A stretch of 35,304 nucleotides of DNA from a virus (taxonomy: Duplodnaviria > Caudoviricetes), in IMG/VR virus record IMGVR_UViG_3300017766_001811, positions 1-35,304 of that record. The stretch is one strand, 5' to 3'. Below, one piece after another: positions 15,294 to 25,641 of this stretch (positions are counted from its first letter, which is position 1; each line of letters begins with the position of its first letter). Both the position numbers and the translations under genes were made by a program. Below the pieces are notes generated by a model. That model saw only the letters and a list, made by a program, of their open reading frames with translations. It did no database searches and was not told where the DNA came from.

Positions 15294-16879
15294 AGTGTGG
15301 TTCTTTTCACGCTGAACGATTGCAGTGCAAAGGTCTGTGTGGCACCGCTGGCTGAGGTCTGACCGGTCAGGTCAAGTGTGAGGCTGCCGCTTCCGATGTT
15401 CTCGGTCGCTACACCGTTTGAGGTAGCCGTGTTGCCGGTACCACCCGAGATGTTTTGGACAAGATATCCGGTACCGTTGATGTCGCTGGTTCCTTCAACA
15501 CGCAGAACAGCACCGAAAGTAACAACACGGGTGCTAGCACTTGAGGTGAGGCTGGTGAACGACCAGGTGAGGACGGATGTACTACCGATCTTCAACACGA
15601 GCGTGATGGTTTTAGACGTACCGCTGTTCTGGACCAGTGTCAGACCACCCTGGATCTGTAACACATCCCCGGCAGTACACGCAGGAAGCGTGATGGCGCT
15701 GTCTAGGAGGCTGGTGGCAGAAGTAGGTTCGGTAACAGTGCTTCCCTCATCCTGACCAGCAACCACATATCCCTTGTTTACTGGAGCAGCCCAGGTCTGG
15801 TCACCACGTAGGAACGTCGACGATGACGCGGTGCCGCTGGTGGCGAGATATCCGGTGCCGATCAGGTTGGGGACGTCGTTTGACCGGCCGGGACCCAGGA
15901 CCAGGATCTCACCGGTCGACCCGTGGACCCTGATCACACGACCGATGTTCTGCACCAAGGTGGTTGAACCGGTCGGCCTAGTCCCGGTCAACCCACCACC
16001 CGACGCGATAAAAGTAGTACCGTTGATCGTGTAACCAGACGTGTTCAGACCTCTCAGGACACCCATCACTCGGACGTAGCCGGTGGCGTTCACCCCTAGG
16101 CTGGTGGTGGTCAGGCCGATCGCTGGCATCGTGCCGCTGCTCGCAGCATCAGCCGGAGCAATCTCAACCGTGTCGCTGGCACCGACAGACCCGGTGACAT
16201 AGACCGGTGTGCCCTTAGCGATCGTACTGGCGGTGGTGTTCTTACACGCCACATCGAGCGGTACCGCATCCTGCCAAGTCAGATCACCAGCCAAGAAATG
16301 GTTAGCGTCCGCAGTACCGGCACCGAGATCGGAAGCCTGGACCGCAGACCACGCGGGTGCAGACGCACCCATCCTGACATACTGGCCGGCGGGGATCGAC
16401 AGACCAGCCCACGCGGGTAGATCGTAGGAGGAGCCTTGTCGGGTGGCGATGGCCCACCCCCAGGTGCCTCCAGCATTGAGAGCAGTAAACCCGACACCGT
16501 TATTGGTGCGGACCAAGAACGTAGTGGAACCGACACCATCAAGGAACACGTCGGTACCAGCACGAGTGACGGTGACATCAGCACCAGCACCCACCAGGAT
16601 GGTTCTACCGCTATTTGCTTGTGCGCTTGGGAGGATAACCGTAGAACCGGTTGAGACCACGATAGTCTCGTCGGTGATGGTGTAGGAACTCGCTGTGGTG
16701 TAGACCGATTCGGACCGTTGATATTGTGGGTGGTCGTCGCCGGTGGCTAGCCCGGTCAACGCTGAGTGTGCCGTCACTCCACCACCACCGGCGGGGTTGG
16801 CTGCCTGGATGGTCAGTCGGATCGGGCTGTTGTCTACGGTCAGACCGACACCTTCGGTGATGGTGAGCCGGAGAGCCAT
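15290..16879 (-). CDS. Tail fibre / receptor-binding-like protein
   Basis: Gly/Thr/Ser-rich and modular. HSALTGL..DDHPQY motif and two GTA...FL.GD.TW repeats. Confidence 0.7.
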   Translation of the reverse strand: MALRLTITEGVGLTVDNSPIRLTIQAANPAGGGGVTAHSALTGLATGDDHPQYQRSESVYTTASSYTITDETIVVSTGSTVILPSAQANSGRTILVGAGADVTVTRAGTDVFLDGVGSTTFLVRTNNGVGFTALNAGGTWGWAIATRQGSSYDLPAWAGLSIPAGQYVRMGASAPAWSAVQASDLGAGTADANHFLAGDLTWQDAVPLDVACKNTTASTIAKGTPVYVTGSVGASDTVEIAPADAASSGTMPAIGLTTTSLGVNATGYVRVMGVLRGLNTSGYTINGTTFIASGGGLTGTRPTGSTTLVQNIGRVIRVHGSTGEILVLGPGRSNDVPNLIGTGYLATSGTASSSTFLRGDQTWAAPVNKGYVVAGQDEGSTVTEPTSATSLLDSAITLPACTAGDVLQIQGGLTLVQNSGTSKTITLVLKIGSTSVLTWSFTSLTSSASTRVVTFGAVLRVEGTSDINGTGYLVQNISGGTGNTATSNGVATENIGSGSLTLDLTGQTSASGATQTFALQSFSVKRTTL

Positions 16880-17223
16880 CAGACAACCACCCAGGGTTCG
16901 ATCAGGAACGGACCAGACGCCAACGGTTCATCACCGGTACCGCTGTCCCACTCGAGCGCCCACCAGTAGGTTCCGGTGTCTAGGTTGGCGTCTGCTTCTG
17001 CGATCGAGATGGTGAAAATACCGGCGGCTGCGTTGTCCTTAGTGACCGTAAAGGTCTTCAACGCGGTGGTGCTGGTGCGGCTAGCGGTGATCCTGGCTGA
17101 GATGGTGATCGAGGTGAGGTTTACGGGGGTGCCGTCGATGTCTGCGGTCATGGTGGCGTGCCACACACAGTTCTTTCGGACTTTCCATGGCAGGTCACCA
17201 CCGAGATGGTCGAGTGTCGCCAT
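16879..17223 (-). CDS. Minor tail / baseplate-upper-like beta protein
   Basis: GTPVNLT...GTYWWALE...G.F.I pattern; in the tail module. Confidence 0.55.
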   Translation of the reverse strand: MATLDHLGGDLPWKVRKNCVWHATMTADIDGTPVNLTSITISARITASRTSTTALKTFTVTKDNAAAGIFTISIAEADANLDTGTYWWALEWDSGTGDEPLASGPFLIEPWVVV

Positions 17224-17282
17224 TCATCTGCTCCATCGTTCGCAACCGGTCTGATCCTATCAGACCGGAGATGTCTACCGCA

Positions 17283-18047
17283 TCAGTATCGGATCTGATC
17301 CACGGACCAACCGGTGCCGAGTGCCGGGTCCTCGACGTCCAGCGCGAACAACAGGTTCACCGCCGGACCGTTCGACTTGTTGAAGACAATCGCGCCGGTC
17401 GTCCCGGTTGACGAGAACGACTTGTCAGCAATAGTAAACGAACCGCCTAGGCCGGCTATCGACGCCTGCGTGTACTGAACCGAAAACCCATTGGCGGTAG
17501 AGACCGAGCCAAGATCGCCAGCAGCCAAAAAGGTCGCCTCGACGAACTGGCCCGATCCAACACCAGTCACAGACATGCTATCGTCCGGCGAAAGTTTTAC
17601 CGGCGCAGTCTGACTGTCGGTGTCGCTGGCGTTAGCGCGTCCGCTCCATCCATAAGAAGGCCGCCAAGCCGCCACCGTCAAACGATAGGAGCCATAATTG
17701 ACTGGGACATAAGTCGCACCCGTCGGATCAAGCGGAATGATCGTGAGCGGAAGTAGGCCAGAGGTCAGCCTGGTTGTGAATGAGTAGATCTTAGTCCATA
17801 TGACTGCACCGGTGAAGGTCTGAGCGAAAGAGGCCTGGGGAACGGTGCTCCAGTCGGAAAACCCGCTGAAGCCGTTGAGAGTCGTGTCGGCTGGCGGCGA
17901 CAATTTCTGCGAGTAGGAGACGGTCACAAAGGCGACGAGCCGATCGCCGGTCGTGGTTCCGGCTGGCAGGTCTGACGCCGTGAACGACAACGAAGTCGGC
18001 CAACTCGTGGAACCGTAGACCGTGGACGCACCGACGAACGCAGCCAC
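17283..18047 (-). CDS. Minor tail protein
   Basis: AFVGAS...LPAGTTTGDRLVAFV beta-rich pattern; in the tail module. Confidence 0.55.
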   Translation of the reverse strand: MAAFVGASTVYGSTSWPTSLSFTASDLPAGTTTGDRLVAFVTVSYSQKLSPPADTTLNGFSGFSDWSTVPQASFAQTFTGAVIWTKIYSFTTRLTSGLLPLTIIPLDPTGATYVPVNYGSYRLTVAAWRPSYGWSGRANASDTDSQTAPVKLSPDDSMSVTGVGSGQFVEATFLAAGDLGSVSTANGFSVQYTQASIAGLGGSFTIADKSFSSTGTTGAIVFNKSNGPAVNLLFALDVEDPALGTGWSVDQIRY

Positions 18048-18049
18048 GT

Positions 18050-18889
18050 TTAGGCCTCGCCCACCACAACCTTGACAGCCAACCCAGCCGCGCCAGTACC
18101 GACAGCAGTTGTCGAACAGCGGATGTTGGTGAGTGCTGACACATCAACCTGAGAAGAAACCATCCCGAACACGTTGTACCGACCGGCCGGAACCGTCAAG
18201 GTTGATGACACAGACCCGTTTACGCTGATCGATATCGGTGAACTGTTCACCAGGATCTGTAGCGTGGTGGAGGTCGACCCTGGGGTTACGATCGTCGCAT
18301 TGACAGTCAACAACCGCCCATAATCAGAAGGTACCCAATCGGGTGACACAGCAACCTCAGGAGTCTCCTGACTGAACACCTGTTCCCAAGTCTGGACCCG
18401 ACCCGACTTCATATCAGGATCGATATCTCCAGCAACCGTCGCAGCCGCAGCACGACCGTTCAACGTCCCCTCACCCAACCGACGGAGATACAGATCGGTC
18501 TGTGCAGCACGGGTCTCGAGCAACGTCAACAGTTCAGGTGAGAACACGACATTACCCACGTCGTCTTCGGTCATCGTGATCGCTCTGACCTGAGCCACAG
18601 AATCAGTACCTGTAGACGGACGTGGGATCGTTACCGTCGCACCAGGATGCCACTGCCCGACATACGGTGTCGCCGCGACAGAGGTAGGCGAGAGACGTGC
18701 CACGACAGACGAGAACGGCGACCCGAAACGACCAAGATACCTGTCAGTGGCGATCCCCACATTGGGTACGTTCGTCACCTCAGTAAGCGACAGGTACCCC
18801 TCCCGACGTCCATAGACACCGACCGACGTTGCATCAGTATCGGTCGAGAAACCACCCTTATGTCTGGCAAGCAACGAGTTGATGATCAT
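18050..18889 (-). CDS. Minor tail protein
   Basis: S..VYGRREGYL pattern; position after the tail hub gene. Confidence 0.6.
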   Translation of the reverse strand: MIINSLLARHKGGFSTDTDATSVGVYGRREGYLSLTEVTNVPNVGIATDRYLGRFGSPFSSVVARLSPTSVAATPYVGQWHPGATVTIPRPSTGTDSVAQVRAITMTEDDVGNVVFSPELLTLLETRAAQTDLYLRRLGEGTLNGRAAAATVAGDIDPDMKSGRVQTWEQVFSQETPEVAVSPDWVPSDYGRLLTVNATIVTPGSTSTTLQILVNSSPISISVNGSVSSTLTVPAGRYNVFGMVSSQVDVSALTNIRCSTTAVGTGAAGLAVKVVVGEA

Positions 18890-20280
18890 ATGGAAAGGGT
18901 CTCTTCTAGTTCAAGGATATCGGTACCGGCAGTGAAACCGACACCGGTAGCCTGGGTAACCGTGTCTTTCACCCACACATCGAGGATCTTTCCGGCCGGA
19001 CGTGCCCGGAAATCGATACTGACATCTGCAAGTGCTTTCAAGACAGACAGGTAGGTGTCACCGACACGGAACACATAGGCTGCATCTACAGGCCAAGGCT
19101 GGCCAGCCGAATCAACCGTATCGGTACAACCGAGAGACCAACCCGTGAGCGTGCCACGTGCCTGGGCTTCAGTCAACAAGGTTGAGAGGATCTTGCCCGG
19201 TGTCGGAGCAGGGTAGACCGACGGGTAGTCTAGACATTTCCACGTGCTGTCTGTCATCAACAGCCGGGATGAACTGTTGAATGTGCCACCGACCCCACCA
19301 GTGTAGACAGCACACACAACCAGACCACGGATACTTCCTGGCAGAGCCTCGATCCATGCCTGACTGTCTCCCTCGATAGCGATCGTGTGATTGCCGGCAG
19401 AAACCACAGGTGTTGAACGGTACGCGTTGAGGAATGACCGTTCGTTCGGCTGTGATGTCCAGTCAGACAACATGACACCATCCAACCACACTCGACATCG
19501 TGAATCTGCCGTGTAGAAGATCGAAACACGACCGGTGCTAGCAGCGGTAAAGGTCGATCGGAACAGAGAAGAACCGGCCGGCATGTTGGTACTGTTTTGG
19601 CCACGTGACCAGATCCAGGATGGTGACAGGTCGTTAGATGGCCAGCCCAACGGTGGGAACCAAGGCGCGTGCAGAGGAGGATCGATCTGTTCCTGGGTTG
19701 CCAACTCTGTCAGTTCTGTGACTGCTACAGGCCACCCGGTTGTGGACAGTTCCGGTGATGCCCAGGTGAAGGCACGACTGTCTGAGATGGGTCGTTGGGA
19801 CAACCCGCCGTAGGGGTAGACAACAGCATCCTCCCACTCAGCGACCAACCCCCGGCCGGACATCTGGACGATCTGATCGGCTTCTTCACCGACAGTGATA
19901 CTCTCAAACTGTTTACGTTCAAGACGCACAGCGAAAGCGTAAGTGTCATCTATCTTGAAACGGATGGTTTCAGCACCATCGTCCAAAGTGCTGTCGGTGG
20001 CCAACAATGACAACTGGCCAGAACCGGTGTCTGAGATCCCATCCTGGAACTGACGGTTGAAACTGTCTGTAAAGGTTGTGACCAATGTGTTGTTGGCTGC
20101 GTCCCAACCCTCAACAGTGAGGACAGGCTGGGAGAATGTGGTAGATGCGACAGCCCTGAAACCCTGGGGTGTTGCTGCCCTGAACAGAGTGTCAAAGAAC
20201 ATCTCACCGGCAGCGGTGCTGGTGGTGAAATCAACCGGCCCACCGGTACCTGTGAGCGTGTCAAACGTCTCGCTTGGCAT
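18886..20280 (-). CDS. Minor tail (hub/Tal-like) protein with inserted beta-sandwich domain
   Basis: Position after the distal tail gene. FR.TF...TADS..RVWLDG...GNHTIAI insertion. Confidence 0.6.
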   Translation of the reverse strand: MPSETFDTLTGTGGPVDFTTSTAAGEMFFDTLFRAATPQGFRAVASTTFSQPVLTVEGWDAANNTLVTTFTDSFNRQFQDGISDTGSGQLSLLATDSTLDDGAETIRFKIDDTYAFAVRLERKQFESITVGEEADQIVQMSGRGLVAEWEDAVVYPYGGLSQRPISDSRAFTWASPELSTTGWPVAVTELTELATQEQIDPPLHAPWFPPLGWPSNDLSPSWIWSRGQNSTNMPAGSSLFRSTFTAASTGRVSIFYTADSRCRVWLDGVMLSDWTSQPNERSFLNAYRSTPVVSAGNHTIAIEGDSQAWIEALPGSIRGLVVCAVYTGGVGGTFNSSSRLLMTDSTWKCLDYPSVYPAPTPGKILSTLLTEAQARGTLTGWSLGCTDTVDSAGQPWPVDAAYVFRVGDTYLSVLKALADVSIDFRARPAGKILDVWVKDTVTQATGVGFTAGTDILELEETLSI

Positions 20281-20281
20281 G

Positions 20282-20686
20282 TCAGATCGTGAAGATACCT
20301 GAGGCACCAAACACGAGCGTCAGGTTGTTACCGTTCGGTGTGTAGTTGAACGATCCACCACCCGACAACGTGTCGAAGTACGCCAACAGTTGAGATGTAG
20401 ATTCGGTACCTGTGTCTTTGAACAGGACCCAGGAACGGACAACCGAACCGGTCAACGCAGCAAACGTGACATCTGCAGCATCAAAAGCACCTGCGGTGGT
20501 GGTCTTGGACGATAGAGCAGAAGAGGTCGCTACCCGGTAGCCGGCGGTGATGTCATTGAGGAAATCGTGGCTGGCTGAGTAGGTGTAACTCGAGGTGAGC
20601 AGCACGATCTTGATCGTGTCGTTCAACAGATCGACATCTGCATCAAGTAGTGCTTTCTTACCGATCGGGTAGACAGCGTTGGCCAT
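20282..20686 (-). CDS. Virion structural protein
   Basis: MANAVY...DTIKIVL...FDAADVTF...TPNG...GIFTI pattern typical of phage tail modules. Confidence 0.6.
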   Translation of the reverse strand: MANAVYPIGKKALLDADVDLLNDTIKIVLLTSSYTYSASHDFLNDITAGYRVATSSALSSKTTTAGAFDAADVTFAALTGSVVRSWVLFKDTGTESTSQLLAYFDTLSGGGSFNYTPNGNNLTLVFGASGIFTI

Positions 20687-20687
20687 G

Positions 20688-21161
20688 TCAGGTAAACCTT
20701 CCTGAGGGGATGGAGATCTCAAGTATAGCCTTCATCCATGCACCGTCTGGACTGACATCACCGAACTCCATGCCGGTCACGTGGACAGGTTCGGTACGTG
20801 TGGTCCCACCTGGCATGGTGAGTACTGCACTGCGGGTACCGTCACCGGTTCCGGTCGGACGGACCACGTAGAACTCTAGATAGTCGATGTTGGATGCGAG
20901 TTGTGCGAAACTGTCAACGTTGGCTACCCCGGTCCGGTCGTGGGTGCCGGAGATCAACAACTGCAGTCCGTGGCGTGTGACCGTAGCACGTCTGCGGAGC
21001 GGTAGGACACCGTTGGTGCCTGGGATCAACCGGTCGTCTCCACGTTGATCCGCCGGCTGCTGCAAGATGTGGAGGTTCATGATCTTCCACGCGGGACAGT
21101 TCATGGCGATCCCACCAATGGTGAGATCGCCAGCAGCAGTGTTGTAGGTGAATCTAGGCAT
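20688..21161 (-). CDS. Distal tail protein-like
   Basis: Immediately after the tape measure gene; RGDDRLIPG..G motif. Confidence 0.6.
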   Translation of the reverse strand: MPRFTYNTAAGDLTIGGIAMNCPAWKIMNLHILQQPADQRGDDRLIPGTNGVLPLRRRATVTRHGLQLLISGTHDRTGVANVDSFAQLASNIDYLEFYVVRPTGTGDGTRSAVLTMPGGTTRTEPVHVTGMEFGDVSPDGAWMKAILEISIPSGRFT

Positions 21162-21164
21162 AGG

Positions 21165-23762
21165 TCAACGTCCCAACAGGAACTGTGCGTCTCGCTGGCG
21201 GCGAACCACTTCTGCCGCTGCGAGGGTCGGGTCGGTTGATGTGATGTTCACGGTGCCGATCGACACTCCGTTGCTCGAGCCGCCGGCTGCAACCATCTGA
21301 GACACATCGGCCAGCAGCCGTTGGCTGTCCTGGGCTGACAGGATGAACCCGTTGGTGCGTGGTACGAACATCTCGCGCCGGCCGGTCTCGTTGACGTTGT
21401 ACATCTGACCGGCCAGAACATCACCACCGATAGCGCGGCCAGGAGGCAACGACGCAGACGGCGGTGAAGGAGCCTCACCCCTGGGGGCACCGGTACGTCG
21501 ACCAGTACGCGGATTGCGCTGATTGCCAGACCTACCACCGGACGGGTTGGTACTGGGTGGGGGTGTGACGACAGAAGGCACTTCCACCGGGTTCTTGTTA
21601 GCCTCACCCTGAAGGGTAGCCAACAGCGGTGCTAGGGACGGGTACGCACCTAGGATGAAGTTGATCTTGGTCTGGTCACCTTCAATCGTAGCCTGCCACA
21701 GAGCGATAGCAGCGTTAGCCTCAGCGAACTTGTCCTGTGTGATGTTACCGACAACCACGTTCAACACGGCTGGTGGCAACTGGTCACCGATCACCGTGGT
21801 CAGAGTCGTCAGTTTCTGCCGTTCAGCCTCCGAGACCGAGAATGCGATAGCAGCATCGATCTGAACCTCAGTCAGACCCATCGCCTCAAGGTATTCCTGC
21901 GGGTTGATACCCTGGGCTGCCAACGCCTTGGTGATCTCATCCCGGTACCGGGCTGCGGTCTGTCGCACGAACTCAGGTGACGCACCACCAGCGATCAACG
22001 ACTGGAGGAAACCACCGATCGCATCACCGGTCGAGAGCAGCGAGTTAGTCGCGTCACGCTGTGCTTCAGTCAGGCCACCAAACGCCAACTGTGCCAGATC
22101 CAGATCCTTAGGCAGGTTCTTGACGATCTCACCGAGTTTACCGAGTTCCGTACCTGCCCGGTTCGCTGCAGATGTCTGATCGTCAAGAGCGCTGCTACGT
22201 TCGATGTTGTCCTGGAATGCCTTAGCACCAGCCTGAGCCGCATCGTACTGGACCGACAGCAGTTTCAACTCATCAGTGTGCTCTTTGAGCAGTTCGGTCG
22301 CACCTTCGATAGTGCCGTTCTGGATATCGAGTGCTTTGGTCTGTTCCGCTACTGCTTTCTTCTGGTCACGTTCTGCACGGGTAGCAGCAACAGTCGCTTC
22401 GGTCCTAGCATCGATCCGTGTCTGTGCATCTGCGATCGCAGCAGCGTTTTCCTGATACTGGCCGCTGTTCTCGTCCAACGCTGCGTTCTGCCGACGCAGA
22501 CCATCCACCACAACCTGGGCTGCTCCAGGACCAGCCGTCTCCAACAGGTTGTCAAACGCATCGTTGAACTCTTCAATATCAACCTTGGCGTCACCGAACT
22601 GGACCTCAGCACCGAAACCTTCCCAGATGCCGGAGAACTCAGCGCTCTTGTCTGACAGTTCAAGCAGTTTACCGAACGACTCTGCTGCAGCATCGGGACC
22701 CTTGGTGACTGCGATACGCAGTTCGTCGCTGGCCAACGTGGTCTTACGCTGGATGTCGTTGATCGTGTTCGCTAGGCTAGCGACAGCCTCGATCGTGGCA
22801 GCGATAGCACCGACGATAGCGATCCCTGATGCAGCCTTACCGAGTTTCGTGAATGACCGTTCACCATCTGCTCCGACCGGTGCGATGATGTTCCGCAGTT
22901 TGGTGACCTGACCACCCAGGGCTAGCACACCACCACCGGAGATGGCTGCGATCGATGCGATAGAACCGATAGCACCGACCGACTCCAGGATGGCCGGGTT
23001 CACATCGTTGAGACCCTTGGCTGCTTTGGCTGCTCCGCCGGCCAGCCCAGAGAACACGTTGACCGCGCCCTTGCCGACCGATTCCCCTACATCACCTAGG
23101 TTGTTCTTGAGGATGGCCAACTGGCCGGAGAACGACTGTCCTTCTTTGGTGGCGAACCCACCTGCAGCCTTGGACACAGCCTCGAGGGTCGCCGCGAACG
23201 GGTCCACCTTGGCTTTCGTCTGGTCTACCTGGACACCCATCTTCTTGAGTGCGGTGACGTTACCGGTAGCGCTTTTGGCTACGGTCTTTGCTGCGGTGTC
23301 TAGGTCGACACCCATCTTCCTAGAGAGGTCCACCACCAGTGGGGTGAGTGCCAGGATCTGGTCTTCGGTCAGACCGAACTGGGTGAGGAGCGATTCGGCT
23401 CCGATGATCGCGTCACCATCTGCAGCGGTCTTCTGCTGGAGTGCATCTGCGAGATCTCGCAGTCTGGCACCGTTGTCCTTGAAAGACTGGCTACTACCAG
23501 CGATACTGTTGTCGAGTTTCCGGCTCTGCTGTTCTGCTTCTTCGCTGGCCTGGGCGAGTTTGTAGAACCCGGTGGCAGCAACAGCACCGGCTGCAGCCAT
23601 GGCGATACCGTAAGAGGTTGCCTTGTTCGCTAGCCGTTCGCTGGTCTTCTCAGCCTTGCCGAGTTCTCTGGTGGCTTCGTCACCGACCTTGCTGAAGGCA
23701 CGTTCGGCACCCTTGCTGTCTGCATCGATGATGATGCGTAGGGTTTCGGTGATGTTGGCCAT
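21165..23762 (-). CDS. Tape measure protein
   Basis: Longest ORF (865 aa), Ala-rich and helical, after the chaperones. RAIGG.V..G..Y.VNE.G.EMF.P near the C-terminus. Confidence 0.92.
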   Translation of the reverse strand: MANITETLRIIIDADSKGAERAFSKVGDEATRELGKAEKTSERLANKATSYGIAMAAAGAVAATGFYKLAQASEEAEQQSRKLDNSIAGSSQSFKDNGARLRDLADALQQKTAADGDAIIGAESLLTQFGLTEDQILALTPLVVDLSRKMGVDLDTAAKTVAKSATGNVTALKKMGVQVDQTKAKVDPFAATLEAVSKAAGGFATKEGQSFSGQLAILKNNLGDVGESVGKGAVNVFSGLAGGAAKAAKGLNDVNPAILESVGAIGSIASIAAISGGGVLALGGQVTKLRNIIAPVGADGERSFTKLGKAASGIAIVGAIAATIEAVASLANTINDIQRKTTLASDELRIAVTKGPDAAAESFGKLLELSDKSAEFSGIWEGFGAEVQFGDAKVDIEEFNDAFDNLLETAGPGAAQVVVDGLRRQNAALDENSGQYQENAAAIADAQTRIDARTEATVAATRAERDQKKAVAEQTKALDIQNGTIEGATELLKEHTDELKLLSVQYDAAQAGAKAFQDNIERSSALDDQTSAANRAGTELGKLGEIVKNLPKDLDLAQLAFGGLTEAQRDATNSLLSTGDAIGGFLQSLIAGGASPEFVRQTAARYRDEITKALAAQGINPQEYLEAMGLTEVQIDAAIAFSVSEAERQKLTTLTTVIGDQLPPAVLNVVVGNITQDKFAEANAAIALWQATIEGDQTKINFILGAYPSLAPLLATLQGEANKNPVEVPSVVTPPPSTNPSGGRSGNQRNPRTGRRTGAPRGEAPSPPSASLPPGRAIGGDVLAGQMYNVNETGRREMFVPRTNGFILSAQDSQRLLADVSQMVAAGGSSNGVSIGTVNITSTDPTLAAAEVVRRQRDAQFLLGR

Positions 23763-23763
23763 G

Positions 23764-23892
23764 TCAGATGTCGCTGTCGCTCAATAGACGCAGGTTACGC
23801 CAAGACTGGCGGATGGTCACATCGGGTGGCCAGCCGTATTTACGCGCACACCAGACTACCCATCCGTCTGTGCTGCGTCCTCCGCTTTTGGG
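23764..23892 (-). other. Programmed -1 frameshift site and extension of the tail assembly chaperone
   Basis: In-frame C CCA AAA heptamer (23892-23886). The -1 frame stays open (SGGRSTDGWVVWCARKYGWPPDV...DI) to TGA 23764, 1 nt before the tape measure ATG. Confidence 0.8.
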
Positions 23893-24170
23893 ATGCCGTT
23901 TTCATACACGTCGGGCATGTCGTCTTCGACCTGTTCGAAGATCTTACCGTCAACCAGGTCACCCAGGGCTAGCGGTTTTGGGTCACATCCTAGGTTGGCA
24001 CATGCGACTGTGTAGACGGCGCGTGCAACCTTGGCAAGCCGGAAAGGATGTGATGCGATGTTCCACCACTCTAGCCCGGTCTGTTCCTCAAGAGTGATTG
24101 CTTCTTCCAGAGTCAGATCTGACAGTCGCAGTGTCCCACCAGGAGTGTGGACAACCCATTCGCTCGCCAT
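23856..24170 (-). CDS. Tail assembly chaperone
   Basis: Between major tail and tape measure genes; carries the slippery site. Confidence 0.8.
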   Translation of the reverse strand: MASEWVVHTPGGTLRLSDLTLEEAITLEEQTGLEWWNIASHPFRLAKVARAVYTVACANLGCDPKPLALGDLVDGKIFEQVEDDMPDVYENGIPKAEDAAQTDG

Positions 24171-24197
24171 GTTCAGCCCTTTCTAGATGTGTTCGGT

Positions 24198-24608
24198 TCA
24201 GAACCCTGCCGACTGGGTGGAGGTGGCAGCAGCCCACGAGCCGGAGACCTCAACAGCACCGGAGACCTGCGAGGAGACCGAGATGTCGAAGTGGGCGGTG
24301 CCGAACCAGTACTTGGTGGTGTCGTCGGTGGTCGGGTAGATGTAGAACTTCCGACCGCCATCGATGGCGGCAGACACCTTGTACTGGTCACCTGCGGTGT
24401 CCCAGAAACCGGAGAAGTCACCCTGGGCGTCGGCCAGCGACACGACGTAGGTCTTGGTGGTGTCACCGAACGAGGTGACCTCGATCTTGTCGGTGGTCCG
24501 GTTGATGGACCAACTCGACAGGTTGGCGATCGGGACTGCGGCAGAGGTGCCGGCGGTCGACACGTCTACGTAGATGCGACCCTTACGGCCTGCGATCGGT
24601 GCTGCCAT
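24198..24608 (-). CDS. Major tail (tube) protein
   Basis: WSIN...IEVTSFGD..K.YV..L.D..G..SGFWD pattern; strong AGGAGG RBS. Confidence 0.8.
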   Translation of the reverse strand: MAAPIAGRKGRIYVDVSTAGTSAAVPIANLSSWSINRTTDKIEVTSFGDTTKTYVVSLADAQGDFSGFWDTAGDQYKVSAAIDGGRKFYIYPTTDDTTKYWFGTAHFDISVSSQVSGAVEVSGSWAAATSTQSAGF

Positions 24609-24627
24609 GGGGTGTCCTCCTGGACTG

Positions 24628-25641
24628 TCAGATGTCTAGCCTCTGAAGTAGAGACTGTGCATGTCGTTCAAACGTCCGGTCGGCTACCGCACGTCTGGCT
24701 TCCTCTGCTGCACGGTCGCGCAACGTCGGGTTGTTCGCTGCCCATCGTAGCACGTCACCCAACTCACTTGGGTTGTCTACCACCGGCAACATCGGAAACA
24801 CCCGGTCGCTCTCCGGCCGGCTCTGACGTGCAAACCACAAACCACATGCAGCCATCTCAACCTCACGTGGTCCCATCGCCCAACCATCCTGGAGGTCTGG
24901 CCGGTTGGCTTCTGTCCTATATAGGTTGAACGATGTTTTGGAACGCCGGTAGATCTCTGCGGTCTGGTCGTTGTCAAGACATTCATCCAGGCCATGGATG
25001 ACATGTGGCTCAAGGGTTGGACCGCAATCTTTCCAGTTGCCAGCCAAGGTCAGCCCGATACCGTCCCAGTCGACCTGTTCGAGCCACTGTACGCGGCTGG
25101 GATAGCCGGTCCCGACGAACGAACAGTCTAGATCTCGGTCGTTGGTCCCAGGGTAGTGGACCGTCGGATCGTGCGCATGTGGGATGTAGACCGTATCAGT
25201 GATCGGGCTGTAGAGATCGATATTGGTAGGGTCGTTCAAAACCACATGATCAAACAGATGTGCCAGCCCGATCTGTCGGTCGTCCTCGTATGGACTTTCG
25301 GTGTAGATCGCCACCAGCCGGTGCCGACGTGCCCGCATCACCTCGAGGACAAACGGCGGTATCCAGAACGCAGAGACGACCACCACGATGTCGGGCCACC
25401 AGTCATAACATGCCGACCGGAGATGTTGTGCTGCGACCTCCATAGCAGCCTCTGTCGGGAACGCCTTCACGTATTCACCCTCAGGTGATTTGACGTAGGC
25501 TCCGGTGTAAAAGGTCAACCGGTCGTTCAGATTGTACTCACGTACCTGCACGCCACACGTTGTAAGTCCTCGCACCCAACCACGATAGACATCGGCTACA
25601 CTGAACTCAGGTCCTGGATGTACAACCAGAGCGCGTGTCAC
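24628..25641 (-). CDS. Glycosyltransferase, GT-B fold (CgeB / Glyco_trans_1_2-like)
   Basis: TESPYED, SFVGTGYPSR, IYRRSKTSFNL, MGPREVEMAACG, HAQSLL ending. Confidence 0.8.
   Translation of the reverse strand: MTRALVVHPGPEFSVADVYRGWVRGLTTCGVQVREYNLNDRLTFYTGAYVKSPEGEYVKAFPTEAAMEVAAQHLRSACYDWWPDIVVVVSAFWIPPFVLEVMRARRHRLVAIYTESPYEDDRQIGLAHLFDHVVLNDPTNIDLYSPITDTVYIPHAHDPTVHYPGTNDRDLDCSFVGTGYPSRVQWLEQVDWDGIGLTLAGNWKDCGPTLEPHVIHGLDECLDNDQTAEIYRRSKTSFNLYRTEANRPDLQDGWAMGPREVEMAACGLWFARQSRPESDRVFPMLPVVDNPSELGDVLRWAANNPTLRDRAAEEARRAVADRTFERHAQSLLQRLDI

Noticed and set aside
18886-18900. Programmed frameshift joining the two minor tail ORFs at CCCTTTC
   Set aside because: The heptamer is not in the X XXY YYZ phase. 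An ATGA coupling overlap explains the junction.
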